From: Dendrobates tinctorius
Taxonomy: Eukaryota
Assembly: GCF_039654945.1 (NCBI RefSeq)
Contig: NW_027361700.1
Location: 14,570,001-14,634,000, forward strand
Reading direction: 5' to 3'
DNA length: 64,000 bases
The notes below the pieces were generated by a model. It saw only the letters and a list, made by a program, of their open reading frames with translations. It did no database searches and had not been told where the DNA came from. Of the stretch, positions 13,701-28,700 are shown piece after piece. Every line of letters starts with the position of its first letter. Within the stretch, counting starts at the first letter, position 1. The translations under genes were made by a program, and so were the position numbers.

Positions 13701-16700
13701 GAGGAAAAGACAAGTCAGAACAGCAGAGCTTGCAATGGTTATATTTACTGAGTATTGGGAAGTATCAATATTACTTTAGTTTTAGGTATTGGCTCTATGC
13801 ATATTTCAGGTGTAATAAGTTTGTATATATTATAAATTAAGTACAAACCTAGCACTCAACTTAGATGCGTAAAAAAACAAATTTATTGTAGCACACGAAA
13901 AACGTTTTGGTCTGTTGTGACTTTCTTCAGTTACATGTTGCACTCAGTATGCAAGGTACGAGAATGTCTCTGATGCGAGACCTGATCCATGTTGGAAGGC
14001 GAGCATATAGAGCTGCAAAATATCTTAGTCGTGCATGAAGATCGGGCACTTGCGCCACCGGACGCAGTATCCACTGCAAGATGTTTCTTCTTTAACCTTT
14101 ATCGGTAAGGGGTGTATGTTGTGCTACCCCCTTTTTCTTTCCCTTTCCCTCCTTCCATCCCTTTCTCCTCTTATATTGTTCTTTTCTTATTCAATAATGT
14201 ATTATGTGCATTTAAAAACTGCATTGGAAAATTTAAATTAAAAAAAATAAAAACTTTATAAAAAAAAATAAATAATTGCTTTAGATGCTCATTAGAGACT
14301 GCCATACACATACGCACTTGTTCATCTGACAGCTGTTTCTCCCAATCCCAGTGTGACTGTGCATGCTCATGTCAATGGGCGAGAGAACAAAGTCACTGCC
14401 AGACCAGTATGACAGTGTCTTATCTACTGTGGTAACAAGTGGATGGGCATGTCAAAATCCAACATGCCTAATCATTTTTTCCTTATCACAAAGTGAAGAA
14501 CTGAGAGGAAGGAGACAATACAACTATGCTGAAGAAATAATAGAATTTGTCCATTTCAATTATATTTTAAATGTACTGTCATGAACTGTTAAAAAAAAAC
14601 AAACGCAGGTTTATTTACCCCCTGCACTTGACTGCTGCGACTCTGATGCCACTCCCTGGTGCAGCACTGACAGAACAACTACAACACAAAACCTCTGCAG
14701 CCTATTGGTCTTAGAGGTCAAGCTATAGTCGTGACGTCACCCATGCAGCCATGTCAGCAAAGACCAGGGGCAATAGTATAGAGGAATCGCTGCAGTAGCA
14801 GGGGGTAAGTAAGGCTGAATTTGTCATCTAACAGAACATGCTTGTTCAGTAAAAAAAAAATAGAAGTCGAAATAGTCCTTTAATTTTTATAACCTTCAAC
14901 GCACAACAAGACAGAACCCATGTAAGTTATTAATAGAAGAAAGATGGAAGCATGAACTAGTACAAGGCAGAAAAATATGAATAATCCAATGAAATATTCC
15001 TATAAGGCTGGGTTCATATTGCGTTCAGGGGCTGCGTTTAATGCATCTGTTACATAGCGGCATTAACGCTATGTAACGGGTGTGTTAACGCACCCATAGG
15101 CTGCTATAGACGAGCGCATCGCTAACGCATGTCATAATCGGCATGTGCCGTCATTCTGTGACGGACCCTCGGACGCGGTATACAGCGTTTGGGGGTCCGT
15201 CACTGCTAGCGCAGATGAAGCAGATCAGAAACCAGAGGAGCCTTAGTGCAGTCCGTTTAACGCACTGCTCTAACGCAATATGAACCTGGCATAAGACTCA
15301 AAGTATAAAGGACCTTCACCCACACATCATGAGATGCCTGATGGAGGAATAATACTGTAACTAATACTGATAAATACAGCAATGATGCATGTTGGTTGTA
15401 GGCCTCACCATTATGTCCATCTTCCAACACAGTGATGATCTCACCGGGCACAGTTTCTTCAGTGTCCCAGACTATAGCATCTGCAACCTACAAAAAAAAA
15501 AAAAAAAAATCACAATGCACAATAAATGCCAAAAAAAAAAAAAAAAAAAGCTTGTTTCATTAAGATTTTTTTGGTAATTTTAACCAGTGAGGGAGACTTG
15601 CGAAAGTATTCGGCTCCCTGGAACTTTTCAACCTTTTCCCACATATCATGCTTCAAACATAAAGATACCAAATGTAATTTTTTGGTGAAGAATCAACAAG
15701 TGGGACACAGTGGTGAAGTTGAACGAAATGTATTGGTTAGTTTAAATTTTTGTGGAAATTCAAAAACTGAAAAGCTTTTGCTGCGATTACAGCTGCAAGT
15801 CGCTTGGGGTATGTCTCTATCAGTTTTGTACATCGAGAGACTGAAATTCTTGCCCATTCTTCCTTGGCAAACAGCTCGAGCTCAGTGAGGTTTGATGGAG
15901 ATCGTTTGTGAACAGCAGTTTTCAGGTCTTTCCACAGATTCTCGATTGGAATCAGGTCTGGACTTTGACTTGGCAATTCTAACACATGGATACGTTTATT
16001 TGTGAACCATTCCATTGTAGATTTTCCTTTATGTTTGGGATCATTATCTTGTTGGAAGACAAATCTCCGTCCCAGTCTCAGGTCTTTTGCAGACTCCAAC
16101 AGGTTTTCTCCAAGAATGGTCCTGTATTTGGCTCCATCCATCTTCTCATCAATTTTAACCATCTTCCCTGTCCCTGCTGAAGCAGGCCCAAACCATGATG
16201 CTGCCACCACCATGTTTGACAGTGGGGATGGTGTGTTCAGGGTGATGAGCTGTGTTGCCTTTACGCCAAACATATCGTTTGGCATTGTTGCCAAAAAGTT
16301 CGATATTGGTTTCATCTGACCAGAGCACCTTTTTCCACATGTTTTGTGTGTCTCCCAGGTGGCTTGTTGCAAACTTTAAATGACACTTTTTACCTGTCTG
16401 GATATCTCAGGGGAAATTTAGACAAATAAACTCCTTGTTCAGGGGCTTGGTGTGGGGGAGTCAACACCCTCGTATTAGGTTGGAGACCCTTAAGCGCCCC
16501 AAAGATGGTGGGGGTTTGGCTTTGCCTAATCCTGAAATATACTTCCTTGCGGCCCAGTGCCAGCACTTGAAGGGGTGGGCGCTTGGGGCGACTTCCAGCG
16601 TGATACAGCACATATTGGAAAAACTGACAGATCGTTGTCCAGTGGGGTGCAATGCTTGGAGGATAGCTCACTGGGGGTGCTTGGGAAAATATACCCCACA

Positions 16701-19700
16701 TTGTCTCTGATACATAAATTATGGAGGAGGATTAAACAAATTCGGGGGGTTACTGGCTTGACCTGGTTCTCGCCGATATGGGATAATAATAACTTACGAG
16801 AATTCAGGGCTATGGGAGGATTGGCGGATGGCAGGCTAAAGGGATTCAATATGTTTTCCAGATCGTGGACCCACAGGGGCTGAAATCCTTTTCTCAGTTA
16901 CATTCAGAATTTGGGCTTAGAGCTTCGGGTGGGTTCCATTATGCACGGATGAATCATGCGTTTATTGCTCAGAAGAGGAGTGGTCATCTTGAAATTCAGG
17001 GGGATAGTGTTGGAATATGTATTTGGGAATGGGCTATATAAAATTTCCAATTGGCGCCAGAGCTAAGTGGGAAGGTGAGTTGGGCCCCTTGGAGGATGAA
17101 ATCTGGGAATCCGCTCTGGAGTGGATAACAAAATTGTCATTAAGTGAGCCGTATAGACTCTCAGCTTTATAGAATATATCTAATATATAAAGCTCAATGT
17201 GGGTGTGTATGCATGTACAGTATGTATGTATGTGTGTGTATGTCCGGGATTGGCATCCGCACCGTCGCAGCTAAAGCCAAAAAATTTGGCACAGTCACAC
17301 GTCTGGACCCCGAGAGTGTCCTAGGCTATGTTGTGAGGCGAAATTTTAACCCCGCGCGTTCCAATTCACCAAACAATTTTGCCCCTATCTACATAATGGG
17401 GAAAAAGTGTGTGTGTCAAGCTCCGCCCCTCATTATGATGTCATAATGGTTGCCATGGCGACGCTGATGTCATCATAGGTTGCAAGCCCCGCCGCTCATT
17501 ATGATGTCATAATGGATGACTATGGGATGGAGGATGTGTGATGGGTGTATGGGCACTGGACTATAGGATGGAGAATGTGTGTGATGGGTATATGGGCATG
17601 GGACTATGGGATGGAGGATGTGTGATGGGTATATGGGCACTCGACTATGGGATCGTGGATATGTATGATGGGCACGAGACTATGGGATGGAGGATAATTA
17701 TAATTTGCTATAACTAACCACAGTTAGTTACTATGTCCCGCCAGCGCCGGGCTCTCCAGCTAGTATATATATATATATTATACACTGAGTGTCCAAGTCC
17801 CTTGATGTCCTATTCAAGGCTGGCCTAAAACCTACGTCTGAAGGTCCTCGGTGCCAAAATGAATGTGCAGGTATATTCCACATGATGTGGACGTGTCCAA
17901 GACTGTCTTCTTTTTGGATAGTAGTCCTGAGTCGGGTGGAGGGAGCGTACAGATGTGTGATTCTAAGGGATCCGATGGTATGCTTGCTGGGTGTTGTGGA
18001 GGAGATAAGAGTGGATAATATTAGCCAGACTATTCTATATGGCTCGGAAGGTGATCGTAAGAAGTTGGATAAAAGAGGAACCGCCGTCTAGAGGAGAATA
18101 TCTCAAATTTGTGAAAAATATCATTAAGCTAGAAAAGGGGGTCTACAAAAAAAGAGGAAAATTGGTGTTGTATGAAAAGTTAAGGACGCCATGGCTGGGG
18201 TATGGATAGGGTTGCTGATAATGCTGGTTGTGGCCTCAAGGAAGATTGAATATGTTGGGGGCCACCTCTAATGCTACGAAAGGTGGAATGATATAATTAA
18301 CCTATATTTTGATCTACAGAAGAATATATAGACAATACAAGCGGTCTAAATGGGTGGGTTGGGGGAGTTGTTATACGGGGCTGTTAATATAAAAACGATT
18401 GTATTCTGAAAGTTTGTATCCTAATATGTTTTCTTTAAGAAACATCTACTTAACTAAAAAAAAAAATGACACTTTTTATGGATATCTTTGAGAAATGGCT
18501 TTCTTCTTGCCACTCTTCCATACAGGCCAGATTTGTGCAGTGTATGACTGATTGTTGTCCTATAGACAGACTGTCCCACCTCAGCTGTAGATCTCTGCAG
18601 TTCATCCAGAGTGATCATGGGACTCTTGGCTGCATCTCTGATCAGTCTTCTCCTTGTTTGAGATGAAACTTTAGAGGGACGGCCGGGTCTTGGTAGATTT
18701 GCAGTGGTATGATACTCCTTCCATTTCAATATGATAGCTTGCACATTGCTCCTTGGGATGTTTAAAGTTTTGGAAATCATTTTGTATCCAATCAGGCTTT
18801 AAACTTCTCAACAACTGTATCACGGACCTGCCTGTTGTGTTCCTTGGTCTTCATGATGATCTCTGTGCTTCAAACAGAACCCTGAGACTATCACAGAGCA
18901 GGTGCATTTATACAGAGACTTGATTACACACAGGTGGATTATATTTATCGTCATTTATGACAACATTGGATCATTCAGAGATCCACAATGAACTTCTGGA
19001 GAGAGTTTGCTGCACTGAAAGTAAAGGGGCTGAATAATATTGCACGCCCCACTTTTCAGTTTTTGACTTTCCACAAACATTTAAAATAACCAATAAATTT
19101 CGTTCAACTTCACAATTGTGTTCCACTTGTTGTTGATTCTTCACCAAAAATTTACATTTGGTCTCTTTATGTTTAAAGCATGATATGTGGGAAAAGGATG
19201 AAAAGTTCCAGGGAGCCGAATACTTTTGCAAGGCACTGTATATCCCGAATGCTGCTGCAATTTTCGCCACAAAACCGTAGCTTTTTTATCATGTACTTTA
19301 GATATTTTCTGAGGATCATCATATGGCCAACGGGTGAGAATTTGCATAAAATGGTTGTGGCCTAGATGGGATTCAGTGTTCCAAAAAATGCACCAAAATT
19401 TTGGGGCAAAAGCCCAGCACAAACTAAGCTACCTAATTAGTCTGACTTTACACCACCTGACAGTCTAAAATTGCACCAAATTTGTCATCCAAATAAGCCA
19501 CTGAGATCGATCGGATGCATTTTTAGACTGTCTAGTCTAAGCTTGTACTGCCTAAAAGTGAGACAATTTTCATAAATGTGCCCCAATATGGTTTAACCCT
19601 TTCGTGACCCAGCCTATTTTCACCTCCCTGACCGGGCCAATTTTTACAATTCTGACCACTGTCCCTTTATGAGATCATAACTCTGGAACGCTTCAACGGA

Positions 19701-22700
19701 TCCCACTGATTCTGAGACTATTTCCTTGTGACATATTGTACTTTATGATAGTGGTAAAATTTCTTCGATATGAGTGGTGTTTATTTGCTAAAAAAAAAAC
19801 CCCCACAAATTTGGTGAAAATTTCACAATTTTCAAACTTTTAATTTTTATGCCCTTAAATCAGAGAGACATATCGCATAAAGTAGTTAATAACATTTCCC
19901 ACATGTCTACTTTACATCAGCACAATCTTGTAACAATTTTTTTTTGCTAGGAAGTTATAAGGCTTAAAAGTTGATCAGCGATTTCTCATTTTTACAACAA
20001 AATTTGCAAAACCATTTTTTTAATGGACCACCTCATATTTGAAGTGACTTTGAGGGGCCTATATGACAGAAAATACCCAAAAGTGACACCATTCTAAAAA
20101 CTGCAACCCTCAAGGTGCTCAAAACCACATTCAAGAAGATTATTATCTCTTCAGGTGCTTCACAGGAATTTTTGGAATGTGGAAGAAAAAAAATAAACAT
20201 TAACTTTTCTTTCACAAAAATTTTCCTTTAGACCTAATATTCTTTACTTTCGCAAGGGTAACAGGAGAAAATGGACTATACATGTTGTTGTGCAATTTCT
20301 CCTGAGTATGCAGATACCCCATATGTGGGGGAAATGTACTGTTTGGGCACATGGTAGGGCTTGGAAGCACCATTTGACTTTTTTAATGAAAAATTTGCTG
20401 GTATAATTAGTAGCCGCAATGTCACGTTTGGAGAGCCTCCGATTTGCCGAAACAGTGGAAAACCCCAATAAATGACAATAACAAAACCCCTTAGGGAACT
20501 TATCTAGATGTGTGGTGAGCACCTTGAACCCACAGGTGCTTCACAGAAGTTTATAAAGTAGAGCAGTGGAAATGGAAATAATAAAAAAAAAAAAAAAAAA
20601 ACATTTTTCCAAAATAAATCCTTTTTAGTTCCATATTTTGCATTTTCATAAGGGTAACAGGAGAAATGACTCCATACCATTTGTTGTGCAATTTCTTCTG
20701 CTTACACCAATACCCCATATGTGGGGGGATACTACGGTTAGGGTGCTCGGCAGGGCTTGGAAGGAAAGGCGCACCGTTTGATGTTGCGGAGTGAAAATTG
20801 CAAACTGCCATTGTAGTGACCAGTACATTATGCCCAGCTCATGCTTCTGGAGACACGCACCTGTAATTTAGGAGGGCTCGAATCACTTCAGAATTGCCAA
20901 ACATGTGGACGCTATATGTGGGTCTAGGCACATTGGGGCTCAGAAGGAAGGGGGGCATTTGGATTTAGAAGCACAGAATTTGCCGAATTTCTTTTGGGGA
21001 GCGTGAAGCCATTTAGCTTTTCCAAAGCCTTTGTGCTACCAGTAACGTGGAAGCCCCTATATTTCCGTTGACTGATGACGGCCCTGAGTGGGGACTTTTG
21101 AGTGCTAGCAGCGATCGTGGGCATTACTGCGGGGTGTCAGGTGTCACATATAGCTGACACCTGCACCCGATCGCCGCTGCACGATCAGTACGCTGTATTA
21201 GTACTGCTGTTTGCGGGAACGCATGTCCCGCAGAGCTGTACTAGTACAGCACATGTCGGAAAGAGGTTAAAATCTGTAATTGGATATTTAAGGAAGCAAT
21301 TTCATCTAAGTTTTTAACCTCTTAATATATTACAATCATTATATTATATAGAACTGTGTATTTACAATTGCTCATTTTACCTTTCCACCCAGCTAATTCT
21401 TCTCTTCTCTGTGCTATGTAAAAACAGGAAGTTTCCTGTACCTGTATGACTCATACCCTCTAATTCCTGAGCCACCTGCTCCCCTCCTCCCCGTTGCCGT
21501 AAACTTATTTTTTTTTATAAATTCTTTATTTAAGAATGTTGGAATAAGCATTATAACAGCAAAAATGCCAAGAAAATTCAACATTTGTTTTTCATAAGGG
21601 GTACAAATTTTTAGGGAACTGGAGGGAGGAAAAATAGGAAGGGGAGGGGAAGGGGGAAACAAACCCCTCTTGCCATAAACTTTTGCAGCGACTCATTACT
21701 TGTGCAAAGAAAATTGACCTCCTGTTTCTACATAGAGCCTAGCTGGATTCAGATAGTCAGTTTTTTAATCAGAATAGACCTAATGGAAAAGAGAAGAATC
21801 AGCTGAGTAGAAAGGTAAAATGACCAATTGTAAGTTCACAGTGCTATACAATATGATGACTGCAATATATTAAGAGGATACAAATTTTGATGCGAGGAGT
21901 GCTTCTTTAACACCCCAGCAAATTCGAATGATGTCTGCTGCATTTAGTACATGGTCTGACGGGTGCTGTATGACGTATAGCTTTAGTTTTATTTCAATCT
22001 GAGTCACGTATTGCTCCGTCAGACTCTGTACTAGCCATAACCCGGCACAATAGGTTTTATAAGTGGCCTTTAGTAGCCGCCCTGAATCACGGCATATCTT
22101 CTACCACATTACACAATGAGATTAGTTGATTCCTAGAGGGCTCAGAAGTGGGACCCTCTGTAATCAGCTCATGGTTGACGAATCCTCCTGTTCTTAGATA
22201 CGGCCCAAGCTAAACAACCCTCAAGTGACTGCAAGGATAAGAGAAACATAGAAGTAGTCACCTAAGGACATAAGGACTCCCCACGTGCAACGTTACCCCC
22301 ATATAGGCATCTTACCTCTGTTCCTGAGACAATGCCCCAGTCTATTTCCTCTGAGGTCTGCAGCGATGGAGTCTCTGTAGTTAATCCCAAATTTCCCCAG
22401 TCTATCTGACAAAAATATGAAATATAAGGATTGCAGTGACAGTGACCATAGACTTCTATGGAACATAGGCTACTCTTACCTCTCCTTCTTCTGTACAGAG
22501 GGAAACCTCCTCAACCTCCTTGACTTCTGTCCGTTCTACAGTTACTGGGACTTCTCCAGTTTGCCACTCGTATACCAAGGTGTCTCCATGTTTCTGCACA
22601 TAGCAGATTAGAGGAAGAGCATGTTCAGAGGAGCTAACGGAGAAAAAGGAATTACGATAATTCTTCAATATTTAGTCTCTTGATTTTTGTTCAGCTTTGT

Positions 22701-25700
22701 TCAAAGGAATCTGTCACCAGGTTTTTGTCACCTAATCTGAGAGGAGCATAATGTAGATACAGAGACCCTGATTCCAGCAATGTCTCTTCCTGGGCTGCTT
22801 AGTGTTGCTTTGACAAAATCAGTCTTTTATCAACAGGAGATTAGTAAAGGCCCAGTAAACCTGCTGCCAGGTAGTACTTAGTACTCCATATCCATGAGCT
22901 CTGTGTAACCCCGCCAACATCACTGATTGGCAACTTTCTGTGTACACTGTGCATAGGCAGAAACCTACCAATCAGTGGTGTGGGAAGGGTTATATAGAGC
23001 TCAGTATTCAGAGAACTGCTAGATAAAACAGTGATTTTATCAAAACTGCAGCAAGCAGCTCAGTAAGTGATAAATTGCTGGAATCAGGATCTCTGTCCCT
23101 ACATCATGCTGCTCTCAGATAAGGTAGCAAAAACCTGGTGACAGATTCTCTTTAAAAACAGGTAAAAGAAAATGAGACAACACTTACCTATCACAGACAA
23201 AAGACACACAGGCCTGGTACAATTCGATTGCAGGTAGAAGTCCAGAAGCATCTGATCCGACCTGTCTAAGGGCTGCGGGGACATCCTGGACCAACATCTG
23301 AAGTTCCTTACGAACATCATCTCCCTACAAGGGCAAAAATGGGAAAGTACGGATACAATGTAGATCAATGCATTACTCCACTCTCCCTGTCTGTAGAGCA
23401 TGTATGTGTACGATTCTGCCATTAGATGCAAGTTGCCTCCCTTCAAGAAAATCAAGCCGACCACAATCTAAGGTGACATCATGCCAGACATAGAGAGAAG
23501 AGAGCTGTTATTCTGCCACATCTCTCTCTGTATGCAAATATGGATAGTCCAAATAATCAGAGAATGTCTGTACAAAATGTAATTGGGCCACGCAAACTAA
23601 TGACTACTGATATTACATCACATTTGTAAACACAAATTACCATTGGTTGGTAGCACGGCCTCCCTTATAATAAAAATGTCCAATAATAATGGAAAGCGTT
23701 TTGTACAAACAATTACAGAAAAAAAATTATTTATCCAACCATTTCTAGTAAGGGTGCAGTACTATGGCCATATAAATCAGAGGCACGGACTCTCCCGACC
23801 CAAATGTGACCGCTGAATAGAAATATATGAGGCCGTCACACTCGGGTGGGTAGAGCCGCCAGCCAGTCCATGCATTGTGGTCTGATCCATACTGCTGTCT
23901 GACTGCGCCCTATTTTCAACATATATATGTTATTAAATAAGCACTGATCGACCTGTTCTCTCATTACCTGGAAGTTTATTAAAGTAAATAAAAAAAAAAA
24001 ACAACAACCTTCGGCCAATTTCACACTTCCGACTTTTACAAATCTAACATGCTCAAAAATGCTTAACCGGCAATAAAAAAAGTACTACAGACAGCCTTTT
24101 TTGCGGACGATGTTATCTTGTTTATGGCCAATCCAAAGGACCACTTACTTAATATTATGCCCCTACTAAAGGAATTTGGCTATCGAACCAATTGAAAAGC
24201 GTGGCAGCATCTCCAGCTCTCACTCCGGGGAAGGGCCCATCTTGTTAAGATGATTAGTATGGCCAAACTGATGTATCCTCTTCAAACAATACCCCTTTCG
24301 CTCAAACATTCTGATATCAACTTTCTTAATAGCCAAGTTAGTCAATTTATCTGGAGAAATAAGCGCCCTAGAATTGGCTTGTCGAAATTGATGGCCTCCA
24401 AAGAAGATGGGGGGCATAAATTTCCCTAGCGTTCGGAATTATAATTTGGCTTGCATTATGCAGTATATCATCGACTGGATACATAATAGATACTCTTACA
24501 CAGATACCGCACTGGACGCAGGTTTCGTACATCCCCTAGATGTGACTGCTATTTTGCACTCACGTCTTTCTTGCCTTCCCCCTTCTTTAAAACATTCGGC
24601 TCTATTTAGGGACACAATTGCAACATGGAAGGTGGTAAGGAAAAAATACAGTCTTTCATTTAGATACAGGAAAGATGTATATTTTTGTACCGTGTTAGCC
24701 AGTAGATAGAAAAATATTCAGAATTGAGAGTCCTTAGTGGTTGATACCTTTTAATGGCTAACTGAAAAGATGATCGAATGTGGTGTACTTAATTATTTGT
24801 ACTAAATGTCCAACTGGGGGTCTGTATGTGGAGGAGACAGGGCAAAAGCTTAGAACAAGGATGAATGCTCATTGTCACACAATAAGAGAAAAAAGAATGG
24901 ATCTACCTGTGGCAAAACATTTTTGTATGATGGACCACGACATCAGGGATATGAAATTACTGGTATTGAAAGGTAACTTCACATCTCAGAGAGAGAGAAG
25001 AGTCTGGGAGTATAAATTTATGACGACCTTTGACACTCTCAATGCTGGAATGAATGTGTCACAAGGATTTATGTCTTTTTACATCAATTAAGGAATTTGC
25101 TCCTAAGACCTTGTAGGGCATCACAACACATTAGGAGACGCCAATCAGAGGACAATAAAACATCCGGACTCCTTATCTATGAACTGGAGCAATATTTATG
25201 TTTCTCCCTCTCTTAATCATAATTCTGCTTCACGTCACTTGTCTCATCTATTGCATTTTTTCTGTGTTGTACTGTGCATAAATATGTGACTCTTCAGATT
25301 TGGTATTAGTCTATGCCTGATGAAGAGACCTGAGTAGTCTCGAAAGCTTGCAATGTGTTACCATCTTTTCAGTTAGCCATTAAAAGGTATCAACCACTAA
25401 GGACTCTCAATTCTGAAAGTCTTTCATTTAGAATCTCTAAGTATCTACCAATATGGGCAAATCCTGAATTTCCCCAGGGTATAGAGAATAGAATGTTCAT
25501 TGCCTGGTGATAGAAGGACAATTTTAATATCTCGCACCTCCTTCACCCGGCAGAATCTAGATGGTTAACATGCTCTGAAGTACTCGAGAAATACCAACTA
25601 CACCCCTCTCACTCCTTTCAATATGAACAGATCAATCGTTCGATTATGTCCAATCTACAGGATGTTGAATTCGAATCGAGGCAAAATTTGCTGGATGATT

Positions 25701-28700
25701 TGCTTCAACATCCAGCAGGGATTCCTTCGATTTCTGCGGTCTACTCAATATTGAAACCACATTTACTAGACCCTCATCCAGATGCTTTTTATAAATACTG
25801 GAGGCTACACTTAGATGATGTTGAGGCTCTCTCTAAGATTAGAAAGGGTTGGTCTCTTTTCCGGAAACACATAATAAACGAGTCTTGGAGGGAGACTCAA
25901 TTTCAAATCATGCATGGAGCTATATATACCTTTAACATCCACAAATCGGTTCCTAATTCTGACAGGCTTATAGCATGCCCTAGGTGCCAATTGCCTAACT
26001 CTGATCTGTTGCACAGACTCTGGTCCTACCTCTGTGGCCTTTTTCTGGGACTCAGTTTCAGGAACGATGGCTAAATTATGGAATAATGTAAAACCGCTGT
26101 CTCTATCAATGGCGATCCTACACTATTGGGGAGATCTGGAGTTGGGTGATTATGGGGAGAGAGGCCCTCCAAAACTTTTACACACCATTCTAATCCTGGC
26201 TAAGAAATTAATTCTCAAACAGTGGCTCAGTTCTTCTACGCAACGACTATCAGATTTGATAGCCCAACTGCATCACTATATGACGGTTGAACAAGGAGAT
26301 GCACTTACAAATAAAGGGTCACAAGCAGGTAAATTTCTTGGAAAATGGAAACAATTTATTGGTAAATTTTGTAGTACTGACGAGAGATGAAAAATAATCG
26401 AACCCTTCTCTTCAACAAGATGGTACCTTATGGAGGATCTTAAGAATGGTATAGGTCCTCTTCGGTAGACGGACTAACATACTTGGCATAGATGGTGAAG
26501 GGTATCAGTTGTTCGGGAGTGGAATGAGATATGCGTCTGGTTAGGTTCAATGTGGAAGGTTGGGAACCCCCCCCTTTCCCCACCCTTTTTTTTTTTCCCT
26601 CTTTTTGATGTTTAATTGTGATGCTGCTCTTGGGAATGTTATATAGGATGGAGAGTACAGTAAAGGTAAATTTATTATTCTCGTAACTGGGACACTCTTA
26701 AACTTTCACTCTCTGTTTGTAAGGCTGGAAGTAGCTATCCAAGATGTTATTATCTTTCTGAGTCTAGATGTATGATATTGTTCCGTTGATACGGATAACA
26801 CATTTTTATTGTTACCCTTTGTTATTGTAAAATTTTCAATAAATATTTAAAAATGCTTAACCGGCTACTGAGGTGCTTGACTCGAGGTTGGTCCGAGCTG
26901 TGACTCTCAGACATGTGTAATAGGCCATGAGCGGAGTTGGCTGCAGCTACACAGTGTCTGGCAACATTGCAGTATCACAATTCAACATGACATCTAATGA
27001 CTTCCTATGTTGTTGTCCTACAACCTACAGTCACAAACGTTTCCAAATGTTTGGGATTTTCTGCTGAAAGTCACAAGCCGCACCACAACTTTTCTATGAT
27101 TTTACTTTTTTTGGTGATGGTGGTGGAGGAGGGGGGGGAGGTTGTTACAGCAAAAATTACAGCTCTAAAATATAATCTAGAGAGAAAATCGCAGGCGAGT
27201 TGCATAAATGATTTTAGTTGTGCGAATTGTCGGAAAACTGCTGTCATACGACATGTCACCGTGTAGCTCCAGTTTTAAGCCCCTGACAGACACTCATAGG
27301 GGTGCTTACCTTCCGGGACAGGTAACATTTTGGACATGTCTGCCTTTTGTTTTCTTATGGAAATTAAATTGAGGGGCAATTTTGAAGTCTGCAGCGTGTC
27401 AGCATCTATGGCAGACTTTCAGCATAGTTATCGCCCCTTTAAATGTAAAAGGATAAAATGCACCGTAAATCTTCTAGCTATAAATACGGATTTAGATGCG
27501 GATTCAGTAAATGCATCAACCCTAAAAGTAATTATTTTGTACACTTACAGTGATTCCATAGCGCTTGCAGCTGCTATAATACTGTTCTCGCTGCTCCGCG
27601 GCCCCCTGCACACACTCCTCGGCCCGACGCTCACACTCCACCACAAGCTGTTGACACCGGGTTATCTGTTTCTTTAACCCAGGGATCTCATAGCTCACAT
27701 TGCGCATCAGCAGGCTGCCACTCTCCGCTAAAAAAGACGGGAAACACGATAATCACAAGCTTCATAGTTATCTATACCGCAAGGATAAATCCCATAATAA
27801 ATACATAAAAAAAGTACCCCCCTCCATATGAAAATGTATAATAAGTGACAATTAATGATTCCCAACATATGAAAATGCATAATAAGTGACAATTAATGAT
27901 TCCCAATGTTATAACTCGAATAACTCGTGCATGTATGTTTGACCACTTCACTGCTGGCTCCTTGTACATTCTAACACCCTCCATACACACTGGACCACTG
28001 TAGGACGAACCCGCCGATATTGACGGGTTCAGCCGACACACTAATGTGAATGGGAGCCCCAATTATTGTAGGAGAAGATATCAATCCGCCTTGTCAAATG
28101 TTCGATTGCTGATTGCTTTGTTCTCCTGGGGATAAGCTGCCGTCAGACATATCTGTTGGTGGTTTTCTCATAGAGAACACAGGAGCGCTTGGCCGAACGA
28201 GTGGGAGGGCTGACCGGAATGGCTGACAGCCGAATGATCGGCCAAAACATTGTTTGTCCAAAAGTTATTTCAAGTGTATGACAAACTCGACACAGTTTAT
28301 GCATGAAAGCTGCACACTGATTAGGTGTGCGCACAAGGCCTGCTTTCATTGTGTAATTTCATTCAGATATTGTCACATTTTCCAATTTTGGTCAGTTTAT
28401 GTTACCATGTGGTATTGGAGCTTATTCAGGAGTCAGAAAGTGATTATGGTAGTCAGTTTTTATCTGGTGCGGTCTTGACCCCTTGAAGACCCCACAGATC
28501 AGCATATTAAAGGGGCCCCTTTAACGTTTACACAGGCACAGCAACTTTTCTGTACGGCAGATCAGTTCCAATGAATTTAAGTTCCCTGAATTTAAGGTTC
28601 ATATATAGATACATAAATGTCCACAACAGTAGAATATGAAGAAGATACCAAAGTGCCCCCATAACAAAGATGGAAACAGAGCAGTTCCTCTTTATAGCTC

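Larger units (their letters stand above)
15597..19238 (-). mobile_element. Tc1 element (transposase ATG near 18854) split by a nested L1
   Basis: TIRs CTTGCGAAAGTATTCGGCTCCCTGGAACTTTTC at both ends; ORF 18454-18780 (HTH region) and 15737-16372 (QQDNDPKH...SPDLIPIE). Confidence 0.93.
24072..26848 (+). mobile_element. 5'-truncated L1-clade LINE (decayed ORF2)
   Basis: Begins at RT motif FADDVILF; [14 protein letters not shown]; CPRC zinc knuckle; AATAAA and A tail; 17-bp TSD AAAAATGCTTAACCGGC at 24055-24071 and 26849-26865. Confidence 0.92.
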
